Assembly (NCBI RefSeq): GCF_964355755.1
Contig: NC_092679.1
Span: 18,149,432-18,213,431 of the forward strand
DNA: 64,000 bases
Reading direction: 5' to 3'
Origin: Antedon mediterranea
Lineage: Eukaryota; Animalia; Echinodermata
Under the pieces are notes generated by a model, which saw only the letters and a program-made list of their open reading frames with translations, made no database searches and was not told where the DNA came from. Below are positions 63,510-64,000 of the stretch, in pieces. Made by a program: the position numbers and the translations under genes. How positions within the stretch are numbered: the first letter of the stretch is position 1; the number at the start of each line of letters is the position of its first letter.

Positions 63510-64000
63510 AATACAACTTTGAAATTACATTACATACGACCAACCAAGGCAATCTAACAGAATACTGAGCTCGCCTTGCCAAGATAGGCGCTTGTAACAG
63601 CCTTAGGATCTTAGGAAATTCATACTAGTTAGGCTATTACAGTACCAAGTACATTATTCTCCAGTTTCTGTTACAAGGGGCGTAGAACTGATTGTGTCGC
63701 AGGTACACATAAAACCTTTGATCCAGTGGGGCTGAGCAATACAACTTTGAAATTACATTACATACGACCAACCAAGGCAATCTAACAGAATACTGAGCTC
63801 ACCTTGCCAAGATAGGCGCTTGTAACAGCCTTAGGATCTTAGGAAATTCATACTAGTTAGGCTATTACAGTACCAAGTACATTATTCTCCAGTTTCTGTT
63901 ACAAGGGGCGTAGAACTGATTGTGTCGCAGGTACACATAAAACCTTTGATCCAGTGGGGCTGAGCAATACAACTTTGAAATTACATTACATACGACCAAC
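63510..64000. repeat. 228-bp tandem repeat running off the window end
   Basis: aatacaactttgaaattacattac starts at 63510, 63738 and 63966; copies nearly identical. Confidence 0.95.

Overview
This is AT-rich animal genomic DNA, not prokaryotic. Spliceosomal introns and Deu/Nin-domain SINEs point to a marine invertebrate deuterostome, probably an echinoderm (inference). The main gene is a giant AHNAK/periaxin-like repetitive protein on +, with coding exons 20728-23833, 24593-32968, 33204-34301, 35614-37452 and 38828-39126 (about 4905 aa). All its introns are GT-AG phase 1, and an extra in-phase exon at 34686-35486 carries a stop codon just before its donor. Two 3' exons of a C3HC4 RING protein gene lie on - (63387-63497, 58585-58766). 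A CpG-rich promoter-like region near 42.5 kb is followed by spliced short exons. Non-coding DNA holds two DeuSINEs with different tails, Harbinger-, MULE- and other MITEs, and tandem repeats. It also appears to hold a dense record of transposon excision: 24-36 bp CATRGAG...CTCYATG hairpins with 7-bp duplications (P-element-like), and strongly over-represented TACWGTA and TAGGCCTA motifs. All calls were made by eye, without alignments or expression data.
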